DNA of 62,306 nucleotides, counting the filler, from Choristocarpus tenellus KU-1152 (lineage: Eukaryota; Protista; Phaeophyceae): NCBI GenBank assembly GCA_964200185.2. It is 10 parts of 10 records of this genome, joined end to end, with 100 filler letters (N's around TTAATTAATTAA, not from the genome) between each part and the next. Parts side by side here need not be neighbours in the genome. Positions count along the whole stretch, not along the records: positions 50,016 to 56,003 come from CAXNAD020009231.1; positions 56,104 to 58,798 come from CAXNAD020025583.1; positions 58,899 to 62,306 come from CAXNAD020020238.1; 7 more parts are not named here. The stretch is one strand, 5' to 3'. Shown in pieces: positions 50,431-62,306 of this stretch; position 1 is the first letter of the stretch; the number at the start of each line of letters is the position of its first letter. A program made the position numbers and the translations under genes. Under the pieces are notes generated by a model that was not told the origin of the DNA, did no database searches, and worked only from the letters and a program-made list of their open reading frames with translations.

Positions 50431-53271
50431 ATGCAAGTGCAATGACAAACGATTTCTGAGATATTCAAATCCTCCTGTTCAGGCATGTTCGTAGGATGAA
50501 TGAGCATTGCGTGGGTTGAGTACTTCTCGGAAGCTTACATTAGAAGAAACATAGAGCAATTACACCGTTGCCACAAAAAGGGCAGTCAAATCAAATGGCT
50601 TCTTCTGCTGTTATGGAGCTCTATTTCAACTTCCAGGTTACAAAGGGAATGAATGTAAGAATAGAAATAGATGGCATGCCCTGCTCTTGTGCATCTCTGA
50701 CATGAGCTTACAAGTTCCGTAGAAAGTGATGCAAGGATTAATATCAAGTGAAATGTTTAGTTATTGCATCTTTCCATGGATCCTGAATAGAACAGCAAGA
50801 GAGATGCAAACGCTTGAGGCGATGATTTTGTTGTTTGGCATGAATCCTATTGGTTCGATGCAACGTAGGTGTCATCCCATTGTTGGTGCCAATGTTGCCT
50901 TGACTCTATGTCACCTCCCTCCCCCCTCTGTCCAAGAAGATTGATTCACAATTTCTCTATTCCGTATGAAGGAAAGTTGCTTATCGCCTTTCTAACGGTT
51001 GGGGAAGAAAGAATATAGTCACTCCTAAGGCTCCCTCCCTCCTAGATCTGGCATCTGCTGAGGTCCAGTTGCCTACTATTTAATACTTGAAAATACTTCG
51101 AAGTATTTTACTACTACATACGGACATCATAAAATATTAGTGGCGACACTGCAGTTAACAGCGGATCATGATAATGGCGGATGGATCATTTCATGGAGGA
51201 TGCGTTTGACCGAAATGGTGCGCGGAAAGTGCCGATATGTTTTTTTTTGTATGTCATAAAACCTTTTTAGGGCTCCTTTTTGGATGGTATGTACGGAAGG
51301 GAATGAATTGAAATGAGGACTGAGGGATGGAGGTGCTGCTTTATTTCATCTGNNNNNNNNNNATACGATTTCATACTGAAAAGAGACAGAGAGTAGATGA
51401 TTTTTTGTGACCTTTTCGTGTTCGCACGTTTCAAACATGTTGCATCAATGAACGATGTGGTTTGAAACTGTATTTGTTGATGTAAATATTATAATATCTT
51501 TACCATTAGTTGCTGCTGCAGTCAAGCCCCGAAAGTGCAACCACAACGGGATCTGTTAACCCTTGCAGTGGAAAAGGTCCATGCATCTCAGCACACAGTA
51601 GGCAAAGCAACAGAGCAATTGGTTTTTACCTAAATTTAAACGAGCTAGGAAAAGGCAGGCAGACAGGCTAGGGACTGCGAAGGTGTACCTGCCACAGATA
51701 GATTGTTGTGTCAAGAGGGGCAATAAAGGCACCAAGTTGCCTTTCTAAGGTAGAAAATGCACAGTAAGCTGGAAACACCGGACCAGGCTGGATCTAACAG
51801 AAACCTCTGATTCTTCTCTTCATTCTGCTAGTAGGCTAGAAGCACAATAGGTGTATTACCTGCGTGTTTTTCTCACAGTAGGACTCGTACACCTCTCTCT
51901 GTGTGTGAGTGTGTTGCCCCTATCTTAGGCGTTGCTTTGTGTCACTAACCCATTATTACCTACTGTATATATATATGAGGGTGTTATCCAGTAAATACTA
52001 ATGTAGGGGATCTCTACCCCCCCTTGACACTATCTATTGCTACTGGTGGAAATACTGCAAGAACTTTGACCGATATTGTCACCAAACACTTGTCATGATA
52101 TGTCAATACAGTAAGTGAAGTCCAAAAAAAAACTGCACTGTTGACTTGACATGTGTTAAGATTCAGATGTCAGAAACTCGAAAGACATGCGTTAACATCA
52201 GATTTAGCGCCATATCGAGAGTTGATAGGAATTCGTGCATTTACCTACTAAGATACACCATACGTAGTAGTTGTTGTATGAAGCTTCTCCTTTGCAATAC
52301 TAACAAAACTAAACATGGAAGTCTGGTCTCATACAAGTTGCCTATTGCTACATGGTTTGCAGTGGTACAAAGATTGCACCTACAACACCTAGTTTGTTGA
52401 GAATACCTAGTCTCCTTAGGTTTGAACCAGTACAATATGTTACATACAAACCTTGGGGTTAAAATAAAGCACCAATTACTCCATACTTATCACGTTCTAG
52501 GTAGGCCACACTATATCAACCATCCGATCAGCTAAATAAAGATGGCCGTCAATGCATGGTGGAGGATGGAGTCACACCAGCTCACATAAATTAGTTAATA
52601 ACCAAAGTAAGCGTGTAGGAGGTCAAAATGCCCCACTAACCAAGGCATTGCCCTGCTCTTAAGCTCCTGTAACACAAAATACTGGCAGTAGTGTCTGGAG
52701 AGTTGGCGATATGCTAAGTCAAGCTCCATGTATGTATGTGAACTCTCCCATTCTTCATTTCCAATGATGCTTCTATTCTCATATATTCCATATCTCCTTC
52801 AACAACTCACTATGTAAAATCCAGTGCAACATAGACACGACAATGGTCATATCGCCCATTACTGGATACCTAGCATACCATTGATACAGTCCTGTATGAT
52901 CTCGTTCAAAAAGTCTGGATTGATTTATCAGTCCACTCTTGTCTGATGCACCACCCTTACAAGGAACAAGTGTTGTCCCCAATGTGGCAAGGGAAGAAGA
53001 AAAGAGAAACAGAACAGCACAAAGGTTTATCACTAAGACAACAAAAACGACCGGAATGACTCACACCATGCAACACACACTACACCTAAGCCGTTGCCAC
53101 CCCATCACTTAGCTGGGTCCTGCAAATACATCCACTCCCTTTGGTCCTTCTCAAAATGCCTCTATGGCCAACATTGAAACCAGCACAGTGGGCACAGCAA
53201 AAGTACACCACAAGAAATTGTATTTTAGACAATTGGCTACTTGCCACTATCTCCACTGAATTTTGTAGGTA

Positions 53272-55922
53272 TCAAGCATTCCGAGAGATGGCCTGCCTGA
53301 GCGCGTCTTCCCCTGCACCCTTGAGCTCGTCTACCTTGTTGCCTTGTTTGAGGAACAAGAATGTTGGCATGGACTGTACTGCATACTTTTGTGCTGTCTC
53401 CCTGTTGGTAGGAATATGATTAGGGTGAGAGTGATCAAAAATGCACTGAAACCAAAATAAAGACTGCATATATTTCAGGAGAAAAATAATGCACATCCCA
53501 AACAAAATACATCTAATCATTGAGAGCTGTGCATTTCAGTCCCATCTATGGTGATGAACAAAGGTTATTTTGCGTCTGCTTGACCTATGGAGACATGGGT
53601 GCATGATCCACTATCACTATTCATTCTAGCCACGTTAGTCTGAGGAATCCCAAACCTTTCAAGAAAATACTCTTTGAAGCTCTTGCATGAAACAAACAAT
53701 AATAGGAAGGAGATTGTCCACAGTTATGGGTGTGTTTGAGGGAGGTGAATACAACTACTCTGTTATGTGGAAGAGGGGATGAGCATTAACTGATAGTGAT
53801 TTTATATAGGACATCTGGCTCTATAGGAAGGTAAGTTTTGGAATAGGTTCACAGAGACGGGTATAGAGTGGTCAACGGAATAGTGACCAACAGTTAACAG
53901 GTTGATGGTTTCAGGGGATAGTAACTGAGGGTTAAGAAGTATATATCTCTCCAGCACATATTCCTCTTCCTACATTGCATCCGATTTTGCCAATTAAAAC
54001 ACATCCCCATCATGAACTGTCCTACAAAGATGCAGACAAGACAGTTTATGAGAGAGGATCAAAACATCCCAATTTTGATTTTAAATTGCAAACAAAGTGT
54101 GGTTCGGTGACAGTGGTGAAAAGAGTGTCATTTGCATCCACGTAACAATACAACATGAATATGTTAGAAACTGATGTGGACTACTAGTACACAACCAACT
54201 TACAGGAGTCAAGTTAATAATATGAAAAGATGGTTATTTTTTGGTGTTGCAGAGCCTGTAATCTACTTAACAAATTGAATCAAACGGGCTACAGCAAAAA
54301 TCAAATATCACAGAAGTGAATTGGGTAATGGGGAGGAGCACTAATGGTGTTCATTGTTAATGTATGTTACTACTAGGCACCACTGGTAGAGTTGATAACA
54401 GGAAATAGAGCCAGTTATGGATCTACCAACCGATTATTATCTTGTCTCTGACAGAAGCATTCTGTTTATGCATCTTGTGTATGAGATCTTTTACCAGATA
54501 TGTTCATGGACTGATGTCCTGTAATTAGTATCCGTTTGAAGTATGCTAGTTATGCTCAAGACAAGTGATTCATAGGCAGTTAGGGTGGATGATGCAAACC
54601 CCATATTATAGGACTATAGGAATGATTTGGGTCCTCTCAGTCCCACCACTTCATTCAACGGAATTGAAACCAAATATCTTGTAATCCTAATGCATGTGTA
54701 CCCTCACACCAAGTCATGTATTGTCCTCTGTCAAGACACATCACATACACATCATTCAAGGGGATACTTAAACATGTGAGACTAACATGATTACATATAT
54801 ACTGGCAGAAAAAAAAGCATACATACTTCACATGTATTGGTCGAAACAATCAGCATCCTAGGTGTCCTAAACATACACTTGATATACTAAGTACTTTACA
54901 TTAATATCCACCAGAATGTCATCAAGATGTAGTGGGTACTGAACACAGAAATAAAAATAAAAATATATCACAAACACTACAAAGCAGGCACTTCTACTCA
55001 TCAAATGAATGCAACACCATTCAGAAAAAGTGAGAAAGAGCTAAGGTAACCCAGATCATACAGCAAGGGCATAGAACAGGGGCAATCCTCCCCCATTTTA
55101 CAGAGGCATTATTATTATTATTACTATTAATATTAATAAATTGTGTTGTGGCAAGAATAAAAAAAGAGTGAGGTGGTCATGGTCATGGTCACATTAGGAT
55201 CACTCCTGAAAAAACGTATCAGTAGGGTCTTTCCATCCCCACAGTTGGTCCACTGTAGCCAGCATGGGCAGAAAAATAAAAGAAAGTTTACAAGCTGTAT
55301 AGAGAGGCGTTTCATTGGTCAACGTTCCGCAAGGAAGAGTGTGAAAAGAGCACAATCCATGCCGCATACCCAAATGCTCCATTGTAGCAATGTCACAATC
55401 GTAGTAACCCTAACCCTACAATACTCAAGGGTTTCGGCTGATGGAGTAATTAAATGTTACTACTGTATATAGTATATAGAAAATACCTGGGAGACATTAG
55501 GGCAGATTATGAATCGACAGGGTTTTGGTAAAAGTGCACTCGTCATCCCAAAATAAATAGCTCAACTATTCTTCCAGTTGTCGTTCATTAACCCAATCAA
55601 TGAAATGCATTTTTAGCTATCTAATGCCGCCACACTTTTTCAACCCTCAATCTCAAACATATCCCCTCAATAACAGCATCCCAACATCACTCTCTTCAGA
55701 GCTGAACTCAAAAAAAGGCAACAGAAAAGAAGAAGTGCATCCATCTACCTCTCATCCCTTTCTTTGACCCTTTCCCACTCACTTGTTACTATCCACGTTG
55801 ACTTTGAGAAACACAACCTTGGGGAACTCCTTCGCCATGGCTTGATAAGCAGGGGCAATCTGCTTGCAAGGACCACACCAGTCTGCAAAGAAGTCAATCA
55901 CTACCAGCATACCCTTGGCAGC
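53272..55922 (-). CDS. TRX: Thioredoxin (WCGPC), last two exons; 5' truncated
   Basis: Exons 55922-55783 ([28 protein letters not shown]) and 53401-53272 ([19 protein letters not shown]) splice in phase 2. Confidence 0.93.
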
Positions 55923-56843
55923 CTGACAGCATCACCACAGAGAGATTTCATTGGTTTTAAAAAAAGGGACTGGAGGAGCACAAAGAGGTGGGGGGGGGGG
56001 GGGNNNNNNNNNNNNNNNNNNNNNNNNNNNNNNNNNNNNNNNNNNNNTTAATTAATTAANNNNNNNNNNNNNNNNNNNNNNNNNNNNNNNNNNNNNNNNN
56101 NNNCCCCCCCCCCCCCCGGTTCGCCCCCCCCCCCCCCCCCCCCCCCAGATACTTTGAGCCTGGTAAAAATGGCTGCAATGATAACAATGTCTACAATAGT
56201 CACAACGTTTTCAATGGCAGTTACATCAATAATGAGAACAGAATATACGCCGACAAATTTCTGTGATGAATCACACCAGTGAAGGCTTTACCCGGTAGAT
56301 GAATAAGAAAATGCATCCAAAAGGCGTAGTGAATAACGCAGGCCAACTCGTTTGTATATGAGGGTCTATTCATCACGCGTGAACCATTGCACATACACCT
56401 TCGCATATGGATGGGATGAGCTTGGAGAAAAGCTTTACTAAGGTCCGCACAGCACAGCAGCAATCACATGTGCTGGCAGAGTAGTACTACACAATTCTGC
56501 CTATTTGAATAGTGCATAGTCTTGAGTCCAATTTTGAAAACATTCTGCAATCTGACCTTGAACAGCCAAAACGTTTGCAGAGTTTTGTTGGTCAAGCAGG
56601 TAAGAAAATGAACTGCTACAATGCCAACAAGACATACTGCAACCAACCACAGAGTCATCAATACATGGTCCAATTTTGCCTATTGGTGCGCTTTACCATA
56701 GCCATTCAAAATTTCATGCCCGCTCCATCTCCAACTTCATGCCCTCCTATCTGTGCAGAGATGCCCCCTTCACTGCCCTTAACAATCACAAAGTGAGCTT
56801 CTACTTCTCTTCTCATCGCCTGACCAGTCCTCCTTAGTTCATT

Positions 56844-57100
56844 GAGTGAAAGTATCTCAGAGGGTACGAGTTTTACCCCGTTTGTCCATTTGGGGCTTGG
56901 CTTCCCACAGTTTCTTTGACATTTTCCTATCTCAAAATGTTTTGTAGTAGGTATAATGTGTACATTATGAAAAGTTGTGTCCGGAACAAGGGTATTGACA
57001 CTTTTTAACAAGCACAATAACCAAATATTCCATCGAAATCGCAACATTGAATTTTGACCACCAGAGGGACGCGGCTCTACGCTCTAAGATACTTTGACTC
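56844..57100. mobile_element. MITE family A, full copy, TSD CATT
   Basis: GAGTGAAAGTATCTCAGAGGGTAC ... CTCTAAGATACTTTGACTC with CATT on both sides. Confidence 0.93.
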
Positions 57101-57133
57101 CATTTTCAATTATACAAAACGCTTCTCACTTAC

Positions 57134-57856
57134 CAACCCCAGCTGATTCCACCAGCAAAATGTCTTGGGGTCTGATCTCTGCCCCTGCGCAGTAAACCTT
57201 GTCTTCATGTCCCTTACCACCACCTGCCAAGGCGTTTGCTTTTCCCTCCACTCCTCCGCCCTCCCCACCTCGTTGGACTGACCATATCCACCCAGGGGGT
57301 GAGGGTGCTGGGAATAACTGGGGGCTCATTGTGACATGGGAAGCTGTGGGAGGGGCAGTGCGCTGGTGCTCCGATGCCTTCGGTAAGGAGGGTACGGCAA
57401 GAGCAGGGGGGTAGTGCTTTCTTGAGAATATGGCTTGGAATGTATGCAGAAAAAGTTGGTTAGCCAGGTGCTGAATCTATGATTGAAGAGGAGAGGCAGA
57501 AAAGGAGTATTTTTCACCTGGGCAACTAACTAACTGAATGTGGGGTATTCGGTGTATTGGGTGTAACCCGGGCTTGGAGTAAAACAAACGAAGAGATCGT
57601 CCTGGCAAAACATGAGGTGTCCAATGCGTGAAGACTTCAAAAAAGAGATCAAAGACCTTTTCAAAAAAGGAAAATTCCAGGCAAGGTGCGCGTAAGAAAT
57701 GGCTCAAAATATCTGGGGGGGGGAGTGGTGACTGTCCATTTGGGGCCCATTTTCCCATCATGTCGCATTTTTGGGGTGATTTGGTTGCATGTGTCAGATG
57801 GATAATGTAAGTGCACTTTTCCTGGTCAGGGCCCAAATAGACTACTTGGTGTAGAC

Positions 57857-57906
<50 letters not shown>

Positions 57907-58357
57907 ACCCCACAAACAAAGAGCCAACCGCACAATCCAACAAACCAAAACNNNNNNNNNNTTTGGTGTTTGTGTTATAAGGATAATTTAAGTGGATTTT
58001 TTCCGGTCAGGGCCCAAAAAACATACTTTGGGGTGACCCCCCCCCCCCCCCCCCCCCCAGATACTTTGAGCCAGATCAAAATTAAGCAGGTGCGCATAGA
58101 GGTTTAACAGAGGTATACCTTCAAAATTGCGAAAGGACAAGTTGCACACACAAGACTGGCAAACAACCCCTAACGAGCCAGCTGCTCACCTCTGGTCCAG
58201 GAGTGGGTTCAAATTGATCTGATGCCTGAGACCAGAGGGCAGAAATCGATGGGGCAACCGTTGGAGAACTGGATGTAACTTCTAACAACCAGTCCCAATT
58301 CAGGGATGGAGAGGGTGTAGGGGACGATGTGGGGACGATTGTGCTTCCTCTTGTCTC
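57134..58357 (-). CDS. Possible exons of a Pro/Ser/Thr-rich surface-type protein
   Basis: Candidate exons 58357-58190 (PTSSPTPSPS..SPTVAPS) and 57476-57134 join in frame with GT-AG boundaries. No family identified. Confidence 0.4.
57701..58072. mobile_element. MITE family B spanning a 10-N gap
   Basis: GGCTCAAAATATCTGGGG ... CCCCAGATACTTTGAGCC. Flanks AAAT/AGAT; part of the body is duplicated across the gap. Confidence 0.8.
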
Positions 58358-59315
58358 CTGAAGCATTAGGGTTAGGGCTCGGGTTAGGGCCAGGGTTAGT
58401 TACGAAGTGTTGTGGACCTGGCTGACCAGCTTGAAGTGGTGTGGTCACATTCTACATTGAGAGAGGGAGGACGAGAGGAGGGGAAAATCATTTTCAGTGG
58501 GCCTCAAAAAAAGCAAGGTGTTGAAGGTTTGAAGGTCTGAATGTATTGATTGGTTCACGGACCAAGGTGTGCAGTGGCCAAGGAATGTTCAATCTCGGAG
58601 CTCAAGCAAGTCAGAAAAGCCATTGTTTGAGCGGTTAAAAGATTGAACCCAGTGTACACTCCAATTCTCACAGATATGTATTGATTGTGCTCCCAAGCTC
58701 GACATTGAGGGTCCAGATACTGATTTAGGGTGACTCTTGTCAACTGTTAATATTAAGTATTGCTTTGGCTCAAAGTATCTGGGGGGGGGGGGGGGGGGNN
58801 NNNNNNNNNNNNNNNNNNNNNNNNNNNNNNNNNNNNNNNNNNTTAATTAATTAANNNNNNNNNNNNNNNNNNNNNNNNNNNNNNNNNNNNNNNNNNNNCC
58901 CCCCCCTCCCCACACACACAGAAAATTGACTCTTAGCCAAGTGTTCCTTTGTATTACTCTAGAATTGACTTACGTTCCACTCACGACGATACGTACCTCT
59001 TCTTCTTGGATTTGATTAACTCTTTGCATATGAAACCCTGACTCCGAGCTATTTGTAAACGGCGAAACTCTGTGTTGTGTTCGCCGCTTGTGGTTTGATG
59101 ACCTTGACCTCCTCCTCCTCCTCCTCCTCCTTCCCTTCCTCAAGTCGATGATTCTGTTTTGTTTTGTTTTGTTTTGTTTTGTTTTGTTAAACAGTGCTCA
59201 CGTGTGACAGTTGCCGCAGTTACAGTTTTTTTTTTTTTTTCAAATCATCTGGGGTTTTTTTCGTTTCACCGTTTCCCTAACCCTAGTTTGATGATGACAT
59301 GTGGCGCTTGCTAAG

Positions 59316-59468
59316 GTGGCGGAGGTGGCGGAGGTCTTTCAGATGGTGCCATTGCCGGTGCTGTCATAGGGTCTACGATCTCGGTCCTCGTTTTGTTCAT
59401 CATATACAGGAAGGTGGCTCAGTCGTTCTTCAAGAAAAAGGGTGAGCTCTGCTGTTACGTAGTGCTCT

Positions 59469-59508
<40 letters not shown>

Positions 59509-59641
59509 AAGAAAAAAAAAAGAAAAAAAAAGGAGGGACGGCGAACCCAACCAACTGAATTTTNNNNNNNNNNTAGTTTTGTATTTAAGACGAAGGATGT
59601 TGGAGTAGTATTTATTAAAAAAAAAAGTAGACCACAGATAG

Positions 59642-59694
<53 letters not shown>

Positions 59695-60280
59695 GTTGCA
59701 CATCCTTGCACGCTAGAGGTTGGACTGTTGCTTCTAGCAATCTGTATGGTAGTGTAAAATAGTTCAAAGAGGAAGGAAGACAAGCTTGTCACAGCTCTGC
59801 CTCGACACTGACAGCTGTTTCCTTTATTACACAATTGAACATTGGCTTTGAGAGTGAGTGCATTTGAGCATGCACACATAAATAGGCGGTTGACCTAAAT
59901 ACTTTGTTTTTTTTCCTTGTTCCCCACACTCCCAGCCCGTAACCACAAGCCCGTCCCATGCGTCCTGCCAACTGTCGTCTGTTCCTACCATCATGGAATT
60001 AGCAGCTCGGAATAATATTGGATTGCCCACATCAGCATATCGACCTAATGATGTGGTCTCATCGAGAAGAGAGTGCGTAAGACCTCCCTCACATCCTGTC
60101 AGCCAAGGGCAAGCCAACAGTGGTATAATAGAAGTGAATATTCAGATGGAGGTTGGAATGCCACTGCCGGCATGTCAACCAGATGCTACAGTCTCATCAA
60201 TAAGAGATGGTTCATTGACTCAACCAAATGCTGTCAACCAACCACCTCGGTCAAATTCTTTGCAGCTTCCCAGTCAATAA
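59316..60280 (+). CDS. Possible 3' exons of a single-pass membrane protein
   Basis: The exon from 59316 encodes GGGGLSDGAIAGAVIGSTISVLVLFIIYRK (TM helix plus basic stop-transfer). A candidate terminal exon at 59936-60280 is a disordered tail. Donor site ambiguous. Confidence 0.4.
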
Positions 60281-61269
60281 CAGCTGCCGCTGGGCCGAGA
60301 CTGAGACAAGTTTTCGTGGTCACAAGTTACGTGCCAGTCATGCCAGTGATGAGCAACAATAACTAGATGCACCTGCTCTGCTGTCAGTAGTGTTGAAAAT
60401 ATCGCCACTTTTTCATGGTTTTTGCTATTGATGCCCAAGCTACCCCGAGAGAACTCCAGTAACATCCTGGCTAGGTATGGTTGTGGTTGATGACTAAGTC
60501 TCATTTGGAGTATGTAGTACAGGCGTGCAGAGTCGTACTGACCACGGGGGCCAAGCCCAAGGACTCGGGACAATTTTATCTTGATTGGTGTGTGTTGGAA
60601 ATTTGAAAACAGTCTCAATGTTGATATTCTCATCATGGGGCTGCTATTTTTAGGATAGCTAAGCAGCTTGCTTGGTCATCATTGCATTGAGTTTGGGATC
60701 CTGTTCAGAATATTAATGTTCGACACAAAGTTTGGCACGGATACAACCCCCGATCTTTACAATTACTTTTGTTTGCGTGTAGAATGCAAGTAGTCAGTTG
60801 CGGGCATTGTCTGTCTTGATTAACCGCTGGCAACCCCTTCTGGTGCATGCTGGGGAGTAATTTTTGTTGATATTTTCATAGTTATCACTACTACCCTTAG
60901 ATTATTACGTTTTGTGATGCTTCCAAACTATTGTGGTATAAGGAGGTAAAGAGGTCCAAGACCATGCCATCAGGCAAGGTTTCATTTGATGCCATCTGCA
61001 GTGGTTGTGCAATCATGCGCACGAGTACCTATGCCGGACTAATAACAATTACTACCTAAACATATCGTTGTGGGAAAGATGTAACAAGCACTCCACATAT
61101 TGCTGTATGCACTCCAGTAATCTACAGTCCAGAAATCAAAATGCTTAGCATCCACGTGAAAGGGAGCAAACATAGGAAAGAGTAGCCTTCGATTCATTTG
61201 AGGCTGCGACCAGGTAACCTCCCAATAGGAGTCCTTCAATGTGCGGTTTATGTAGGATCCCCTCATTAT

Positions 61270-61715
61270 GCAGGTTTCTACGACACCCTTCGTGCTGTGT
61301 AGCAGTGGAATTACCTCAGAGATAAACATGGTAATCGGAACGCTTCACAACGAGAGAAATAGTACTTTGGCAAGTACTCATGTATAGTGCGGTAGCACAT
61401 GCTGGAAAAAGTGCTTCTCAAAGTTGTCGCGCAACACCTAGGAGGGAGCCTATGTCGAGCAGGAGGGCATTCTGTCCGAGGTGTGGTGTGGGCCACGACC
61501 TTCGTAATCAACCACTGATATGATGCCTGTGTTGCGTGTCTTCCAAGAGCTTTGCAAGGGAAGAGTGACCCCTTCTAAATGCATACACTTGCATTGAACC
61601 TGAGGAGGCGTATGACTCCAGCAACCATGATGACCCCTCTTCGAACAGCACAGCGTAAGTTCAGTGCACCTGTAGAAACCCCTTTCGGTCGTTTGTAAAT
61701 TCCATGGTTGAATAG
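61270..61715 (+). pseudogene. Degenerate RTE-type LINE reverse transcriptase fragment
   Basis: Across frameshifts: VAHAGK-VLLKVVAQHL (61392-61440), EQEGILSE, RP..STTDMM and EAYDS, in the order expected for non-LTR RT domains. Confidence 0.8.
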
Positions 61716-61722
61716 TGAGGTT

Positions 61723-61859
61723 GAGTGAAAGTATCTTAGAGGGTAGAGCCCCGTCCTTTTGGGGTGACAATCGAATGTTTCGATTTTGATGTAATTTTGA
61801 CCATCGTGTTTGTTAGGAAGTGTCAATATCCTTGTTCCAGACACACCTTTTCATAACGT
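61723..61859. mobile_element. MITE family A, truncated copy
   Basis: GAGTGAAAGTATCTTAGAGGGTAGAGC start followed by half of the family A body. Confidence 0.85.
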
Positions 61860-62042
61860 GCTACCTCCATATCATAAGTCTGTCCATAACTTTTGAAGAT
61901 GATGAAATTCATTTCTGAAAGAACATTTCGACCTTGTCGAATTTGTGGTTAGTCAGCTCTTTTCATTACTATTGTTATTCTTCCCATCCATCACATTTTT
62001 ATCAGTCACAGAAAAAGTCCATGACTACATTTGGAGTGTTTT

Positions 62043-62306
62043 CAAAGCTCACCAGACAACTGCCTCTTCCTTACCCCTGTGTGCTCCACACTGAAGTCAT
62101 TCCCACCTTTGTATCTAAGTACTTGATTTTACACAAAAAGGACCTGCCAAACCCTCTCAAGTAAGTGTGGTTTCATCGTACTCATACTGTTTCTTAATGA
62201 GCTTCACCATTTCCTCGACAGACCCAAACCGCTCCCCCATCACCCAGCATTTGAAAGACCTGAAGAAGCACAGGTCCATGATATTGAGGTCAGGGGAGTT
62301 AGATGG
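62043..62306 (-). pseudogene. Second Tc1/mariner transposase relic, C-terminal part
   Basis: PSNSPDLNIMDLCFFRS..EEMV..(frameshift)LERVWQVLF*NQVLRYKGGNDFSVEHTG. Confidence 0.85.

Noticed and set aside
5031-58854. Regularly recurring TTAATTAATTAA as a biological repeat or CRISPR-like array
   Set aside because: Always centred in exactly 44+44 Ns; it is an artificial six-frame-stop linker.

Overview
Eukaryotic, intron-rich genomic DNA. The organism is most likely a stramenopile and plausibly a brown-algal lineage; this is inferred from GT-AG intron-dense genes, interstitial TTAGGG repeats, plant/oomycete-type mariner and RTE LINE relics. The window is not contiguous: ten short contigs are joined by artificial 100-nt linkers (N44-TTAATTAATTAA-N44), so adjacency across linkers carries no biological meaning. 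Hand-spliced genes: a complete 10-exon type I Hsp40 (DnaJA/Ydj1-like, CaaX end) head-to-head with an RGG-tailed Argonaute (3' truncated); a complete TMEM14/FAX gene; a complete ~859-aa protein with 17 Cys repeats, an Ig-like domain and a C-terminal J domain, head-to-head with a Tudor-like ORF; and fragments of a PPR protein, SPT6, S-formylglutathione hydrolase and thioredoxin. The mobilome is dominated by several related MITE families sharing a G-N4-(A/G)AAGTA terminus and mostly 4-bp TSDs (Sola-like), plus two Tc1/mariner relics and an RTE LINE relic. The best leads are the Argonaute-DnaJA divergent pair (RISC-loading chaperone next to its possible client), the Cys-repeat/Ig/J-domain protein, the Sola-like MITE system including a copy carrying a 304-bp tandem array, and a CpG-island-like pattern suggesting gene-body methylation.
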